Virus record (IMG/VR): IMGVR_UViG_3300027872_000009
Coordinates: 1-53,032 of that record
From: a virus
Taxonomy: Duplodnaviria > Caudoviricetes
Direction: 5' to 3' (one strand)
Length of the DNA stretch: 53,032 nt
Program-made: the position numbers and the translations under genes
Notes under the pieces: model-generated
What the model saw: the letters and a program-made list of their open reading frames with translations, nothing else
Told to the model about the DNA's origin: nothing
Database searches by the model: none
In this document: positions 43,945 through 52,530 of the stretch, piece after piece
How the letters are laid out: each line of letters opens with the position of its first letter
How positions within the stretch are numbered: the first letter of the stretch is position 1

Positions 43945-44226
43945 CTAGATTTTACGTCCGTGTTCGTCTCTGAAATAAAGTCCGGGGCGAAGGCCTAGTG
44001 CGCGCAAGAGCGCGCGAGCGCCGATATGCGTTGTGTCGCCGTCCATGTTGCGAATGACATGGATGTTATCGTAAAATTCGGCATCGCTAATTAACTCGGC
44101 ACAATCTGGATGGTCGCGGTCGATCCAATAATGGCGACTATTTTCTTTTAGAATCGTCGGAGCGGGTAAATCACGGCAACCAACGTGGTCGTCATAAAAT
44201 GCTTTGGGGATTCTGGTCAGGGCCAT
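43945..44226 (-). CDS. Hypothetical protein (inverted island)
   Basis: AAGGAGG SD; RIPKAFYDDH..RDLPAP...ELISDAEFY. Confidence 0.65.
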   Translation of the reverse strand: MALTRIPKAFYDDHVGCRDLPAPTILKENSRHYWIDRDHPDCAELISDAEFYDNIHVIRNMDGDTTHIGARALLRALGLRPGLYFRDEHGRKI

Positions 44227-44238
44227 TGGCTTTCCTCC

Positions 44239-44637
44239 TTACAGGCTGCGGTTGATAACGGAATAGGGGTGGCCGTCCTCGAAAGCCTCGAGGGCAAGGT
44301 CGGCGCTCGCGTAGCCCTCCGGCTCGGCGGACGGCTTTGCGAAATAGGCGCTTGTGGGACCCTCCGCGCCCTCGTAGGCGCGTTCGATCATTTGCCATGC
44401 GGCAACCACCGTCGGAGTCGGAACGTGGCTCACGGTGCGGCTCTTGAAACAGTCGCAATCCATGCTCTCATGGACAAATGCGATCCGGCCGGCTTCACCG
44501 GCCTTGGCCAGCAAGGGAACGTACCGGGCGCGGCCGTTGATGGTGGAATGGATCGGCGCGGCGTTGCGGCTGGCCATATTGCGGAACACCCGCCGCACCT
44601 TGCGCTTCCATTGCTTGGTGACTTTGAAAGTGGTCAT
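44239..44637 (-). CDS. Hypothetical protein (inverted island)
   Basis: AAGGAGG SD; DCDC, AEGP and DLALEAFEDGHPY. Confidence 0.65.
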   Translation of the reverse strand: MTTFKVTKQWKRKVRRVFRNMASRNAAPIHSTINGRARYVPLLAKAGEAGRIAFVHESMDCDCFKSRTVSHVPTPTVVAAWQMIERAYEGAEGPTSAYFAKPSAEPEGYASADLALEAFEDGHPYSVINRSL

Positions 44638-45023
44638 TGGCTTTCCTCCTTGATGCGCTGCTCTGCGGCTTCGCGCGGGTTGATCTGCCCGGACCACTCC
44701 GCGAAAGTCGGAAAGTCCAGATTGCCGCAAGCCCGTGCCTCGGCTTTTTCCTCCTGATAATTGTCGTATTGAACATTGAGGACCGCCTTGCTTTTTTCCA
44801 TTGCGCGAGCATTGCGGCACCGTCTTTTCACGTCATTGACCGCTTCGCCGATGGTCCAGAAATTTTCGCGGTCCCTATGGCCCGGAAACTGTGCGCCGAC
44901 GGTGACGACGGCGAACTTGAAATTCCAGTCGGGCGAAAAGAGAATGTGAAAACTTCGCTTGCCAATGATCCGGCCTTCGCTATTGGTCGGCGACGTTTGT
45001 TCCAGCGTGTAGATTTTGGACAT
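44634..45023 (-). CDS. Hypothetical protein (inverted island)
   Basis: AGGG SD; ATGA-coupled to the next gene. Confidence 0.55.
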   Translation of the reverse strand: MSKIYTLEQTSPTNSEGRIIGKRSFHILFSPDWNFKFAVVTVGAQFPGHRDRENFWTIGEAVNDVKRRCRNARAMEKSKAVLNVQYDNYQEEKAEARACGNLDFPTFAEWSGQINPREAAEQRIKEESQ

Positions 45024-45048
45024 TGGTCGTTTCCCTGTTTGGTTGAGG

Positions 45049-45429
45049 TTAAATGTGCAGGCGGTAAACGATACCGTCGGCATGGCAGACGGCGATATGT
45101 TTGCGGACCCGGTAATTGCTGATGCGGCAAATGATCGTGTATTGCTGACCCCGGATCGTCGAAACTTTCGCGGCCGGCAATGGAACGGCAAAGCGTTCGC
45201 ACATTTCGGCGACCTTGCGATCGACGGCAAGCGCAATGGAGTCGTCCATGGTCGGAAATTTGCCGACGCCGTTCGGGTATGACTCCTTGAATTTCCGGGC
45301 GAGCAACTTGTCGTTAAGGCCGTAGTCGTCGGCAATCTCGACAACGTCGGCGTGATCGATATCGTTCTTTTTCAGGTACAGCGCCTTGAGTTCCGCGAGC
45401 GCGTCTTTTAAGTCGGCCATATTGACCAT
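45049..45429 (-). CDS. Hypothetical protein (first gene of the inverted island)
   Basis: GGGAG SD directly after the promoter. Confidence 0.6.
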   Translation of the reverse strand: MVNMADLKDALAELKALYLKKNDIDHADVVEIADDYGLNDKLLARKFKESYPNGVGKFPTMDDSIALAVDRKVAEMCERFAVPLPAAKVSTIRGQQYTIICRISNYRVRKHIAVCHADGIVYRLHI

Positions 45430-45457
45430 TGAGTTTCTCCCGTTTGTTCCTGTCCCC

Positions 45458-45485
45458 AATATAGCCGTTCCGGCAAGTTTTACAA
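45458..45485 (-). promoter_or_regulatory. Leftward early promoter with operator
   Basis: TTGTAA-16nt-TATATT; TAGCCG-N3-CGGCAA at 45462-45476. Confidence 0.7.
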
Positions 45486-45498
45486 GGGAATATCGGAC

Positions 45499-45999
45499 AT
45501 GCTAATCAACCGGCTTCTCGCCATTGCCCCGCCCGGCCCAAGGATCGAAATGGGTGTTTTCAGGGGTGCTACCTTGGAGGTCATCGCGCGGCATCCGGGC
45601 GAGACGATCGGCGTGGATAGTTTCGCCGGCATGGCGGAGCCTACCGCCCGCGATAAGCCGGGCGGCGAAAATCCATACCCGAAGGGCCGGTTGGCTTACG
45701 CGATGGCCGACGTGAGGCGGGTCGTTCCGGGCGCTCGGCTCATTTGTGGATACGTGCCGGCGGTACTGGCCGACGTGCCGGACCAACTCTACGCCTTCGC
45801 CCGGCTCGACATGGACCATTACGAGCCGACGGCGGCGGCCTTGGATTGGCTGTGGCCCCGGATGATGGCCGGCGGCGTTCTGTCCTGCGATGATTATTTT
45901 CCAGACAATCATTTTCTCGCGTCCGGTGCTATCAACGAGTTTAGTGGCAACCACCCGATAGTCGGGCATGAAGGACGCGAGGCTTGGTTCATCAAATGA
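45499..45999 (+). CDS. TylF/MycF-like sugar O-methyltransferase
   Basis: EMGVFRG, DSFAGM and AFARLDMDHYEPT..ALDWLWPRM..GGVLSCDDY. Confidence 0.85.
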   Translation: MLINRLLAIAPPGPRIEMGVFRGATLEVIARHPGETIGVDSFAGMAEPTARDKPGGENPYPKGRLAYAMADVRRVVPGARLICGYVPAVLADVPDQLYAFARLDMDHYEPTAAALDWLWPRMMAGGVLSCDDYFPDNHFLASGAINEFSGNHPIVGHEGREAWFIK

Positions 46000-46571
46000 A
46001 AACGGCAATTATTCTCGGCGGTGCGGCCTGCGTATGGGAGGACATGGAGGCGGCACTTGCGCTCGGCACTTATGATGCGACCATCGCCACGAACGACACT
46101 CTCGCCTATCATTCCGGGGAGGTTGACTATGCCGTTTCCTTGCACCCGCAAAAGTATGCCGGGTGGCTTGACGAGCGCCAAAGGAAGGATTTTCCCCGGC
46201 CGAAATGTGTCGTCACCTTTCCTGAATACAGCAAGGGCGGCTGTGTCAAGATTGACCTGTTTGTCAATTACAAATGGCCGGGAATGGCCAAGAGCGGATC
46301 AAGCGGTTTGTTCGCGGTCAAGGTTGCACTCGATCAGGGCTTCAAAAAAATAGTGCTATGTGGTATCCCGATGACCTTGCAACCGCACTTCTTTGGTGCG
46401 AAGGACTGGAAAGATTCGGATAAGTTTTGGCCGGCATGGGAAACGATGCAGGACAAGTTCAAAACTGAAACCCGCTCGATGAGCGGTCGGACCATGGAAC
46501 TGCTTGGTTGTCCGACCAAGGAATGGCTCGCTGAAACACAGGCCGGCGAGGCCGGCAAAGGAAAAGCCTGA
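45996..46571 (+). CDS. Sialyltransferase/Maf-like (DUF115-type) Rossmann-fold transferase, tentative
   Basis: AIILGGA, IATND and SGSSGLFAV.VA...GF.KIVLCG.PM...HF. Confidence 0.55.
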   Translation: MKTAIILGGAACVWEDMEAALALGTYDATIATNDTLAYHSGEVDYAVSLHPQKYAGWLDERQRKDFPRPKCVVTFPEYSKGGCVKIDLFVNYKWPGMAKSGSSGLFAVKVALDQGFKKIVLCGIPMTLQPHFFGAKDWKDSDKFWPAWETMQDKFKTETRSMSGRTMELLGCPTKEWLAETQAGEAGKGKA

Positions 46572-47377
46572 TGGGCATCAAAGCTGTTATCGATGCGGAC
46601 GAATTTGGCGAACTGCCTGAAACCGTCCAAGCGTTTTATTCGGCCGCCGGCGACAAGCACGTTCTGAGCGTCGACGGCATCAATCTTCACCCCGAAGTAG
46701 TGAACCTGAAAACGGCGCACGAAAAGGTCAAGGCCGTTGTCAAGGTATTCAAGGACTACGCCAACGGCCGGGATGTCGACGACGATCAAATTACCGACGA
46801 CCAAGCCAAAAACGCTCTGAGCCGACTGCGGGCGCGGCTGGATGGCCTTCCGGAAGATTTTTCGGTTGCCATGCTCGCGGAACTGAAAAAGACGGCCGAA
46901 GGAGCAGGCGCTCCGGCGGACGAACAGATCGCCAAGATTCGAGACAAGTACCGGGACGAAAACAAGGCGGTGGTCACTGGGCTGGAAACCAAAGTCTCGG
47001 ATTTACAGAGTTCCATCGAACGCATGACGATCGACGGCGGGCTGTCGCGGGCAATGGACAACGCCCGGATCGATCCGTTGCACAAGCCGAAGCTGCTTCC
47101 GTTCCTCAAGGCGAAAATGGATATTGAGGTTGAACAGGTCGACGGGGTCCACAAGGCCGTTGTCAATTCCGACATGGGGCATCAGACCTTGGACGAGAGC
47201 GTCCTTGACTGGGCTTCATCCGATGACGGCAAATTGTACGTCGCAAAATCAGGCGGACCAAATCCTAACGGCGGATCGGGCGGCAGGGGTGGCAAGACCA
47301 TCACCCGCGCCGACTATGAGAAACTTCCGCACGGGGAGCGCCCGGCGGCTGCAAAGGAAATGCAGATCGTCGATTAA
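46571..47377 (+). CDS. Head scaffolding protein
   Basis: Coiled coil, Gly-rich SGG..NGGSGG tail and TITRADYEKL; precedes the capsid gene. Confidence 0.8.
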   Translation: MGIKAVIDADEFGELPETVQAFYSAAGDKHVLSVDGINLHPEVVNLKTAHEKVKAVVKVFKDYANGRDVDDDQITDDQAKNALSRLRARLDGLPEDFSVAMLAELKKTAEGAGAPADEQIAKIRDKYRDENKAVVTGLETKVSDLQSSIERMTIDGGLSRAMDNARIDPLHKPKLLPFLKAKMDIEVEQVDGVHKAVVNSDMGHQTLDESVLDWASSDDGKLYVAKSGGPNPNGGSGGRGGKTITRADYEKLPHGERPAAAKEMQIVD

Positions 47378-47395
47378 TATTGAGTTTTCTGACTG

Positions 47396-47427
47396 CCCGA
47401 CGGGTAGTATTTCAGGCCGAGGGCCTT
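47396..47427 (+). promoter_or_regulatory. Bipartite leader motif upstream of the capsid gene
   Basis: CCCGACGGGT-N9-GGCCGAGGGCCTT, repeated before the tail tube gene. Confidence 0.55.
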
Positions 47428-47458
47428 TTCCATTCACACCAGATGAAGGGGCCTTCAC

Positions 47459-48625
47459 ATGGCTAACACCCTTACGAATCTGATTCCTGATCTTTATGAG
47501 GCATTGGACGTAATCTCGCGGGAATTGACCGGGTTTATCCCGTCGGTGACACGCGATTCAAGCATCGAACGCGCTGCCATTAACGAGAGTGTTCTCATTC
47601 CCGTGACGCAGTCTTTCGGCGCATCACTGGCCAATACGCCGGGCGTAACCGCGCCGGATAATGGCGATGCAACTGTCGACACCTTACCGGTCACAATCTC
47701 CAAATCACAGTACCAGCCGGTTCGCTGGAATGGTGAAGAGACCAAGGGCGTCAAAAACAGCGGCACGTTTTCAACGATTCAAGCCGATCGCTTTTTCCAA
47801 GCGATGCGGTCGTTGGTCAATGAGATCGAAACCGATCTGTGGACAGAGGCTTACCAGAGCGCATCGCGCGGTTTTGGTACTGCCGGAACAACGCCGTTCG
47901 GCACCGCTGCCGATCTTTCCGACTTTGCCGGGGTGCTTCGTATCCTTGAGGAAAACGGTGCGCCGACAAACGACCTTCAGCTTGTCTTGGGCCACGACGC
48001 AGTTGCCAATCTGCGGGGCTTGCAGACGACCTTGTTCAAGGTGAATGAAGCCGGGTCAAGCGACATGCTGCGGAACGGCATGACCGACCGCGTCCAGAAA
48101 ATGGCCTTGCGCCATTCCGACGCAATCGGAGTTCACACAGCAGGCACGGCTAACGGTGAATCGCCTGCCAACCTGATTGATCAGGTGTCGCCGGGAGAAC
48201 TCGTCGGTCAGACGACAATCACGATCGATACCGGTTCCGGCTCGATGATCCCCGGCGACGTTTTTACGGTGTCCGGTGATCTCAACAAATACATCGTCAA
48301 CGTCGCTCGCGCGGCCGGCGACGTTGTGATTGGCGCACCGGGCCTTCGTGAAATTGCGGTGGACGATGCTGTCGTCGATATAGGCAATGCCTACACGCCG
48401 AACGTAGCCTTTGCCCGTCACGCGATCCTTCTCGCAACCCGCGCACCGGCGATGCCGGAGGGTGGCGACATGGCAACGGACGCGACAACCATTGTCGATC
48501 CGCGCACCGGCCTTGCGTTCGAAATTGCGGAGTACAAACAGTACCTCCAGACGGTCTACCACGTCCGGCTGGCATGGGGCTTCAAGGTCATCAAGGAAGC
48601 GCACGTCGCGGTCCTTCTCGGCTAA
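47459..48625 (+). CDS. Major capsid protein (P22 coat-like, HK97 fold)
   Basis: MANTLTNLIPDLYEALDVISRELTGFIP, QAMRSLVNEIETDL and LATRAPAMPEGGD. Confidence 0.92.
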   Translation: MANTLTNLIPDLYEALDVISRELTGFIPSVTRDSSIERAAINESVLIPVTQSFGASLANTPGVTAPDNGDATVDTLPVTISKSQYQPVRWNGEETKGVKNSGTFSTIQADRFFQAMRSLVNEIETDLWTEAYQSASRGFGTAGTTPFGTAADLSDFAGVLRILEENGAPTNDLQLVLGHDAVANLRGLQTTLFKVNEAGSSDMLRNGMTDRVQKMALRHSDAIGVHTAGTANGESPANLIDQVSPGELVGQTTITIDTGSGSMIPGDVFTVSGDLNKYIVNVARAAGDVVIGAPGLREIAVDDAVVDIGNAYTPNVAFARHAILLATRAPAMPEGGDMATDATTIVDPRTGLAFEIAEYKQYLQTVYHVRLAWGFKVIKEAHVAVLLG

Positions 48626-48643
48626 GTTTCCTCCCAAAACTTG

Positions 48644-48670
48644 CCGGCGGCGTTCGCGCCGCCGGTCTTT
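48644..48670 (+). terminator. Terminator after the capsid gene
   Basis: CCGGCGGCG-TTCG-CGCCGCCGG then TCTTT. Confidence 0.7.
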
Positions 48671-48691
48671 CCCCGACAAAAGGACGAAGCC

Positions 48692-48844
48692 ATGAATATG
48701 AAATGCGAAACCGTTAAGATCAGGGCCGGCGACGGCTACATGATTATCAACGAGTCCGACTACGATCCGAAAAAGCATACCCTGTTTGACAAGCCGGCGA
48801 CCAAGACGGCGACGAAAAAGAGCCGCAAGAAAAAGGGTGATTAA
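48692..48844 (+). CDS. Small capsid-associated protein
   Basis: ETVKI...Y.IINESDYDP..H.L; AAGGA SD. Confidence 0.6.
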   Translation: MNMKCETVKIRAGDGYMIINESDYDPKKHTLFDKPATKTATKKSRKKKGD

Positions 48845-49353
48845 TGGCGATTGACACCACGCCGAAATCGCCGACCGCCGTTGCCTATGGCCCGGTGGTG
48901 GATGCGGACGCCTATTTTCTGGCGCGCGGCATAGCGGCATGGACCGGCACGGACCCCGCCAAGGAGGAAAGCCTGATCAGCGGTCAGGACTACCTTCACG
49001 GGCTTTACGCTGCCGGCTGGTTCGGCATCCGAACGACGCAGGACCAAGCGCTGGATTGGCCGCGCGCATGGCTGGTGGATTTGGACGGCTATCCGATCGA
49101 CGCCGACCTGTACCCGTTGGGGCTGGTTCATGCCAATTTCGAAGCCGCTCTATTGATCCTCACCGGAACTGACTTGGAGCCGGTGTTGGTCCGTGGAGGA
49201 TCGATCACGAAGAAGAGCGTCAAGGCGGCAGTCGTGGCCACTACCACGGAATATGTGAGCGGTGCGCCGGCGCGGTCGGTGATTACCAAGATCGAAGGAC
49301 TATTGGCGGGCCTTGTTTCCTTGGGAACGTCACAACCTCTATTGAGGGTCTGA
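48844..49353 (+). CDS. Head-tail adaptor (annotated DnaT-like in many phages)
   Basis: ADAYFLARG...W, QALDWPR and A.FEAAL. Confidence 0.8.
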   Translation: MAIDTTPKSPTAVAYGPVVDADAYFLARGIAAWTGTDPAKEESLISGQDYLHGLYAAGWFGIRTTQDQALDWPRAWLVDLDGYPIDADLYPLGLVHANFEAALLILTGTDLEPVLVRGGSITKKSVKAAVVATTTEYVSGAPARSVITKIEGLLAGLVSLGTSQPLLRV

Positions 49354-49354
49354 C

Positions 49355-49717
49355 ATGACGACCGTCGCGGAAATAGCGGCAGAGGCGTTCACTGACGTTG
49401 ACCTCGAGTTGACGGACGTGATCAAGGCTTGCACGGTCGAAACGATCGTCCAAGGCGCTTACAACCCGGCTACGGGCCTATATGCGGAAACCCCGACAAG
49501 TTTTACCGGCCGTTCGATCATGGATCAGGCATCCCCGATCAAGGATGTATTTCCCGAATATGTAGCCGGCCCCGGCGATACGCTGTTTTGGCTTGAGGGG
49601 CTGTCGCAATCACCAAAGGAACTCGACAAGCTGACGATTGGCGGGCTTGACCGGGAGATAAAACAGGTCGGCGACGTTGCCGGGGCCGGCACGTTCTTTT
49701 CCGTGGTGGCGCGATGA
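49355..49717 (+). CDS. Head closure / connector protein
   Basis: GAYNPATG; synteny. Confidence 0.65.
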   Translation: MTTVAEIAAEAFTDVDLELTDVIKACTVETIVQGAYNPATGLYAETPTSFTGRSIMDQASPIKDVFPEYVAGPGDTLFWLEGLSQSPKELDKLTIGGLDREIKQVGDVAGAGTFFSVVAR

Positions 49718-50103
49718 GCCTTACACCCGAACAATTTATTCTGGATATCAGTTCGGCCGTCAAAAACCTTGTCGAAGATGAGGTTGTCTTGGTCGTCCAA
49801 AAATTGAGCCTCGATGCGCTTCGGGGCGTCATTGAAAAAAGCCCGGTTGATACCGGTCGATTTCGGGGCAATTGGAACGTCGGCATCGGCGCACAGGACT
49901 TGAGCACGTCGGAGAATACCGACAAGGACGGCGGCCCAACCGAATCAAAAGGTGGAGGCCTTATCGACGCGGTGGGGCCGTATGTCGCGATTTGGGTCAC
50001 GAACAATCTGCCTTATGCGACGGCGCTTGAATTTGGCCATTCCACAAAAGGCTCGCACATGGTTTCGCGGACCTTTGCGGAATTGGAGGCCACGAAACTA
50101 TGA
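49714..50103 (+). CDS. HK97 gp10-like neck protein
   Basis: SPVDTGRFRGNW and NNLPYA..LEFGHS. Confidence 0.85.
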   Translation: MSLTPEQFILDISSAVKNLVEDEVVLVVQKLSLDALRGVIEKSPVDTGRFRGNWNVGIGAQDLSTSENTDKDGGPTESKGGGLIDAVGPYVAIWVTNNLPYATALEFGHSTKGSHMVSRTFAELEATKL

Positions 50104-50525
50104 CGCTTGAGACGGAGCGGATCGCCATCGAGACTCGGTTCAACGATCTGTGGCTGAATGAGGACAGCCCGCCGACGGCGTTGACGCGGGTCGGTTTCAG
50201 TTCGCATGGATTCAAGCCGACGGAGGACGGCGATTCGGTTCGGCTGACAATTATGAACGGCAGGGCGGAAACAGTATCGGCCGGGTCGCCGGGGGCGAAC
50301 CTTGTCCGCAACTCCGGTATCATCGTGATCGAAATTTTTTCGCCGGGCGGCAAGGGCGAAGAAACTATCAGGCCGCTTGCTGAAACGGTTATCGGCATCT
50401 TCCGCAATGTGGATTTTGGTGGTATCCGATGTCGAGCGCCATATCTGGTGGCGCAGCTTGAAGAGCCGCCTTTTTTGATCTGGAAGATTGTCGCGCCGTA
50501 TGAGCGTGACGAGTTTAACGGATGA
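50100..50525 (+). CDS. Tail terminator protein
   Basis: GIIVIEIF.P.G.G; position before the tube gene. Confidence 0.72.
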   Translation: MTLETERIAIETRFNDLWLNEDSPPTALTRVGFSSHGFKPTEDGDSVRLTIMNGRAETVSAGSPGANLVRNSGIIVIEIFSPGGKGEETIRPLAETVIGIFRNVDFGGIRCRAPYLVAQLEEPPFLIWKIVAPYERDEFNG

Positions 50526-50558
50526 CCCGACGGGTCTGACCATCTGGCCGAGGGCCTT
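50526..50558 (+). promoter_or_regulatory. Bipartite leader motif upstream of the tail tube gene
   Basis: CCCGACGGGT-N10-GGCCGAGGGCCTT. Confidence 0.55.
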
Positions 50559-50587
50559 CAACCTAATATTTTCGAAAGGATGGAATT

Positions 50588-51532
50588 ATGGCCTTTGCCG
50601 ATGGATCAGGCACACGCCTTGCACATATCACGGAAGTGACAGAGGGCACCACGCCCAGCACTCCCGCATTCAATGAACTGCGGTTCACTGGCGAGACACT
50701 CGTCGGTGAAAAGCAAACTGTCGTATCGGAGGAAATTCGACCCGACGGCAACGTCGCTGATGTTACCAAGGTAGGGTTTCAGGCTGCCGGCGGCATCTCA
50801 TTTGAGATGTCCTACAGCACTTTCGACGATCTGCTGGAATCCGTGCTTACCGGAACATGGGCAACCGATACCTTGGTCAATGCCCGCGATCGAAAGTCCT
50901 TCACCCTTGAAAAAACTTTCGAGACAGGCGGCACCGATGTTTTCCGGCGCTATCTGGGCTGCATCATCGGTTCGCTGTCGCTGGACATTACGGCCAAGCA
51001 GATCATCAAGGGACAGATGTCCGTCCTTGGCCGGTCCTATGACGCGGCGAATGCGATCATCGCCGGTGCAACCTACGTGCCGGCGAACACCCTGTCGGTT
51101 ATGAACGCGGCGGCCGATTTTGCTTCTCTGGACATCGGCGGAACTTCACCGGAAATCACGATCAAGCGTTTGCAATTGGATATCACCAACAACCTTCGGG
51201 CGCAGGACAAGGTCGGCACCGATGCGCTGGCCGGTATCGGACTGGGGCAGGTGGTCGTGACCGGTGTCATCGACGCTTATGTCGAGGATATTCAGATCCT
51301 TGATCTGATCGATGATCACACCGCCAGTTCGCTGATCTTCACGATCGGTTCCGTGACAAACGAAAAATACACCTTCGATATCCCGAAGTTGTATCTGATT
51401 GCCGGCGATGCGCTCACACCGGGCAACAACCAAGACGTGATGATCAGCATGAACTTCCAAGGCGTCTATTCCAATTTGGGACCGTCGCCGCTCGATGATC
51501 ACACAATCGACATCACAAGGAACGTAGCGTGA
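50588..51532 (+). CDS. Major tail tube protein
   Basis: EVTEGTTP, LRFTGETL, SEEIRPD, SFTLEK.F and ITNNLR. Confidence 0.88.
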   Translation: MAFADGSGTRLAHITEVTEGTTPSTPAFNELRFTGETLVGEKQTVVSEEIRPDGNVADVTKVGFQAAGGISFEMSYSTFDDLLESVLTGTWATDTLVNARDRKSFTLEKTFETGGTDVFRRYLGCIIGSLSLDITAKQIIKGQMSVLGRSYDAANAIIAGATYVPANTLSVMNAAADFASLDIGGTSPEITIKRLQLDITNNLRAQDKVGTDALAGIGLGQVVVTGVIDAYVEDIQILDLIDDHTASSLIFTIGSVTNEKYTFDIPKLYLIAGDALTPGNNQDVMISMNFQGVYSNLGPSPLDDHTIDITRNVA

Positions 51533-51705
51533 TGGGCAGAGTCATTATCGACAAGAATTTTACCGGCTACCCGGACGGCGTGAAAACCAAGTTCCGGGCA
51601 GGGGCGGAAGCCGAAGTTCCGCTCAACTTCGAGAAAATGGTTGTCGACAAAGGGTATGCCCATCGGCCCGCCCGCAAATCGACAGCTATGCCCGACGATG
51701 AATGA
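51532..51705 (+). CDS. Small hypothetical protein (57 aa), not in the ORF track
   Basis: TGATG-coupled; FTGYPDG...F.AG...V.KGYA. Confidence 0.5.
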   Translation: MGRVIIDKNFTGYPDGVKTKFRAGAEAEVPLNFEKMVVDKGYAHRPARKSTAMPDDE

Positions 51706-51769
51706 TCAGCGCTGATCAGGCGGGCCGGGGTCGGGCCGGCCCGCCACCTTACCCGACGAGGAAAAGACT

Positions 51770-52177
51770 ATGACAGACGACATGCAATTCGACGGCTTCG
51801 ATGGTTGGTCTACCGACCCCGAACTGGAAATCGGCAAGGGCGTTGATATCGGCTATGGCGAAGGTCGGTTTATCACTATCCGACGTGCCGGCGGCCGCAA
51901 CGTCGCATTCAATCAAATGGTTGCGCGCACGCTGCCCAAAAAGGGACGCAAACTTTCCCCGGAAGCCGACCGGGCCACGCTGCACAAAATCTATGCCGAC
52001 ACGATTGTTGTCGGCTGGCGCGGCATGAAATCCGGCGGCAAGACCATCCCGTTCAACAAGGAAAACCTGATTAAGTTTTTCAATACCTATCCTGACGTGT
52101 TCGAAGAAATTTGCGTCCGGGCCACGGCCCTCGATGACTTTCTTGTCGACCAGTCGAAAGGCACGTCAAAAAACTGA
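51770..52177 (+). CDS. Tail assembly chaperone (gpG-like)
   Basis: TD.ELE..GV, IRRAGG.N and IVVGWRG; ends at a slippery site. Confidence 0.8.
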   Translation: MTDDMQFDGFDGWSTDPELEIGKGVDIGYGEGRFITIRRAGGRNVAFNQMVARTLPKKGRKLSPEADRATLHKIYADTIVVGWRGMKSGGKTIPFNKENLIKFFNTYPDVFEEICVRATALDDFLVDQSKGTSKN

Positions 52178-52530
52178 AACGCGCCCTTCGCTGGGCCATT
52201 GAATGGGGCGAACAATATGAATGGCTGGCGGAAATATATGAGGGGCGCGAACATAAATCGCCGGCATTGCGTAACCGGGTCGTGCCTGAAGCTGATGAGA
52301 TAATTTACTGGGAGGCGTTTTCCTTTCTGAGCATGTACCGGCGATATAAGGAGGGGCCGGAAGGTCAAAGCCTGCCCCTTCCGTTTACCTTGGACGACGT
52401 GAAAACCTATTGTGAGTTTGTCGAGATAACCGACGTTTCGATGAAACTGGATTTTGCCGAAATGATCATGGCGCTGGACATGGAATGGTTCGCGCTGCGG
52501 CGCGAAAGACCGAAGGTTAATAATGGCTGA
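52168..52530 (+). CDS. -1 frameshift extension of the tail chaperone (gpT-like)
   Basis: A-AAA-AAC at 52168-52174; the -1 frame is open to 52530 (KLKRALRWAIEWG...YWEAFSFLS...). Confidence 0.75.
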   Translation, partial: KKLKRALRWAIEWGEQYEWLAEIYEGREHKSPALRNRVVPEADEIIYWEAFSFLSMYRRYKEGPEGQSLPLPFTLDDVKTYCEFVEITDVSMKLDFAEMIMALDMEWFALRRERPKVNNG

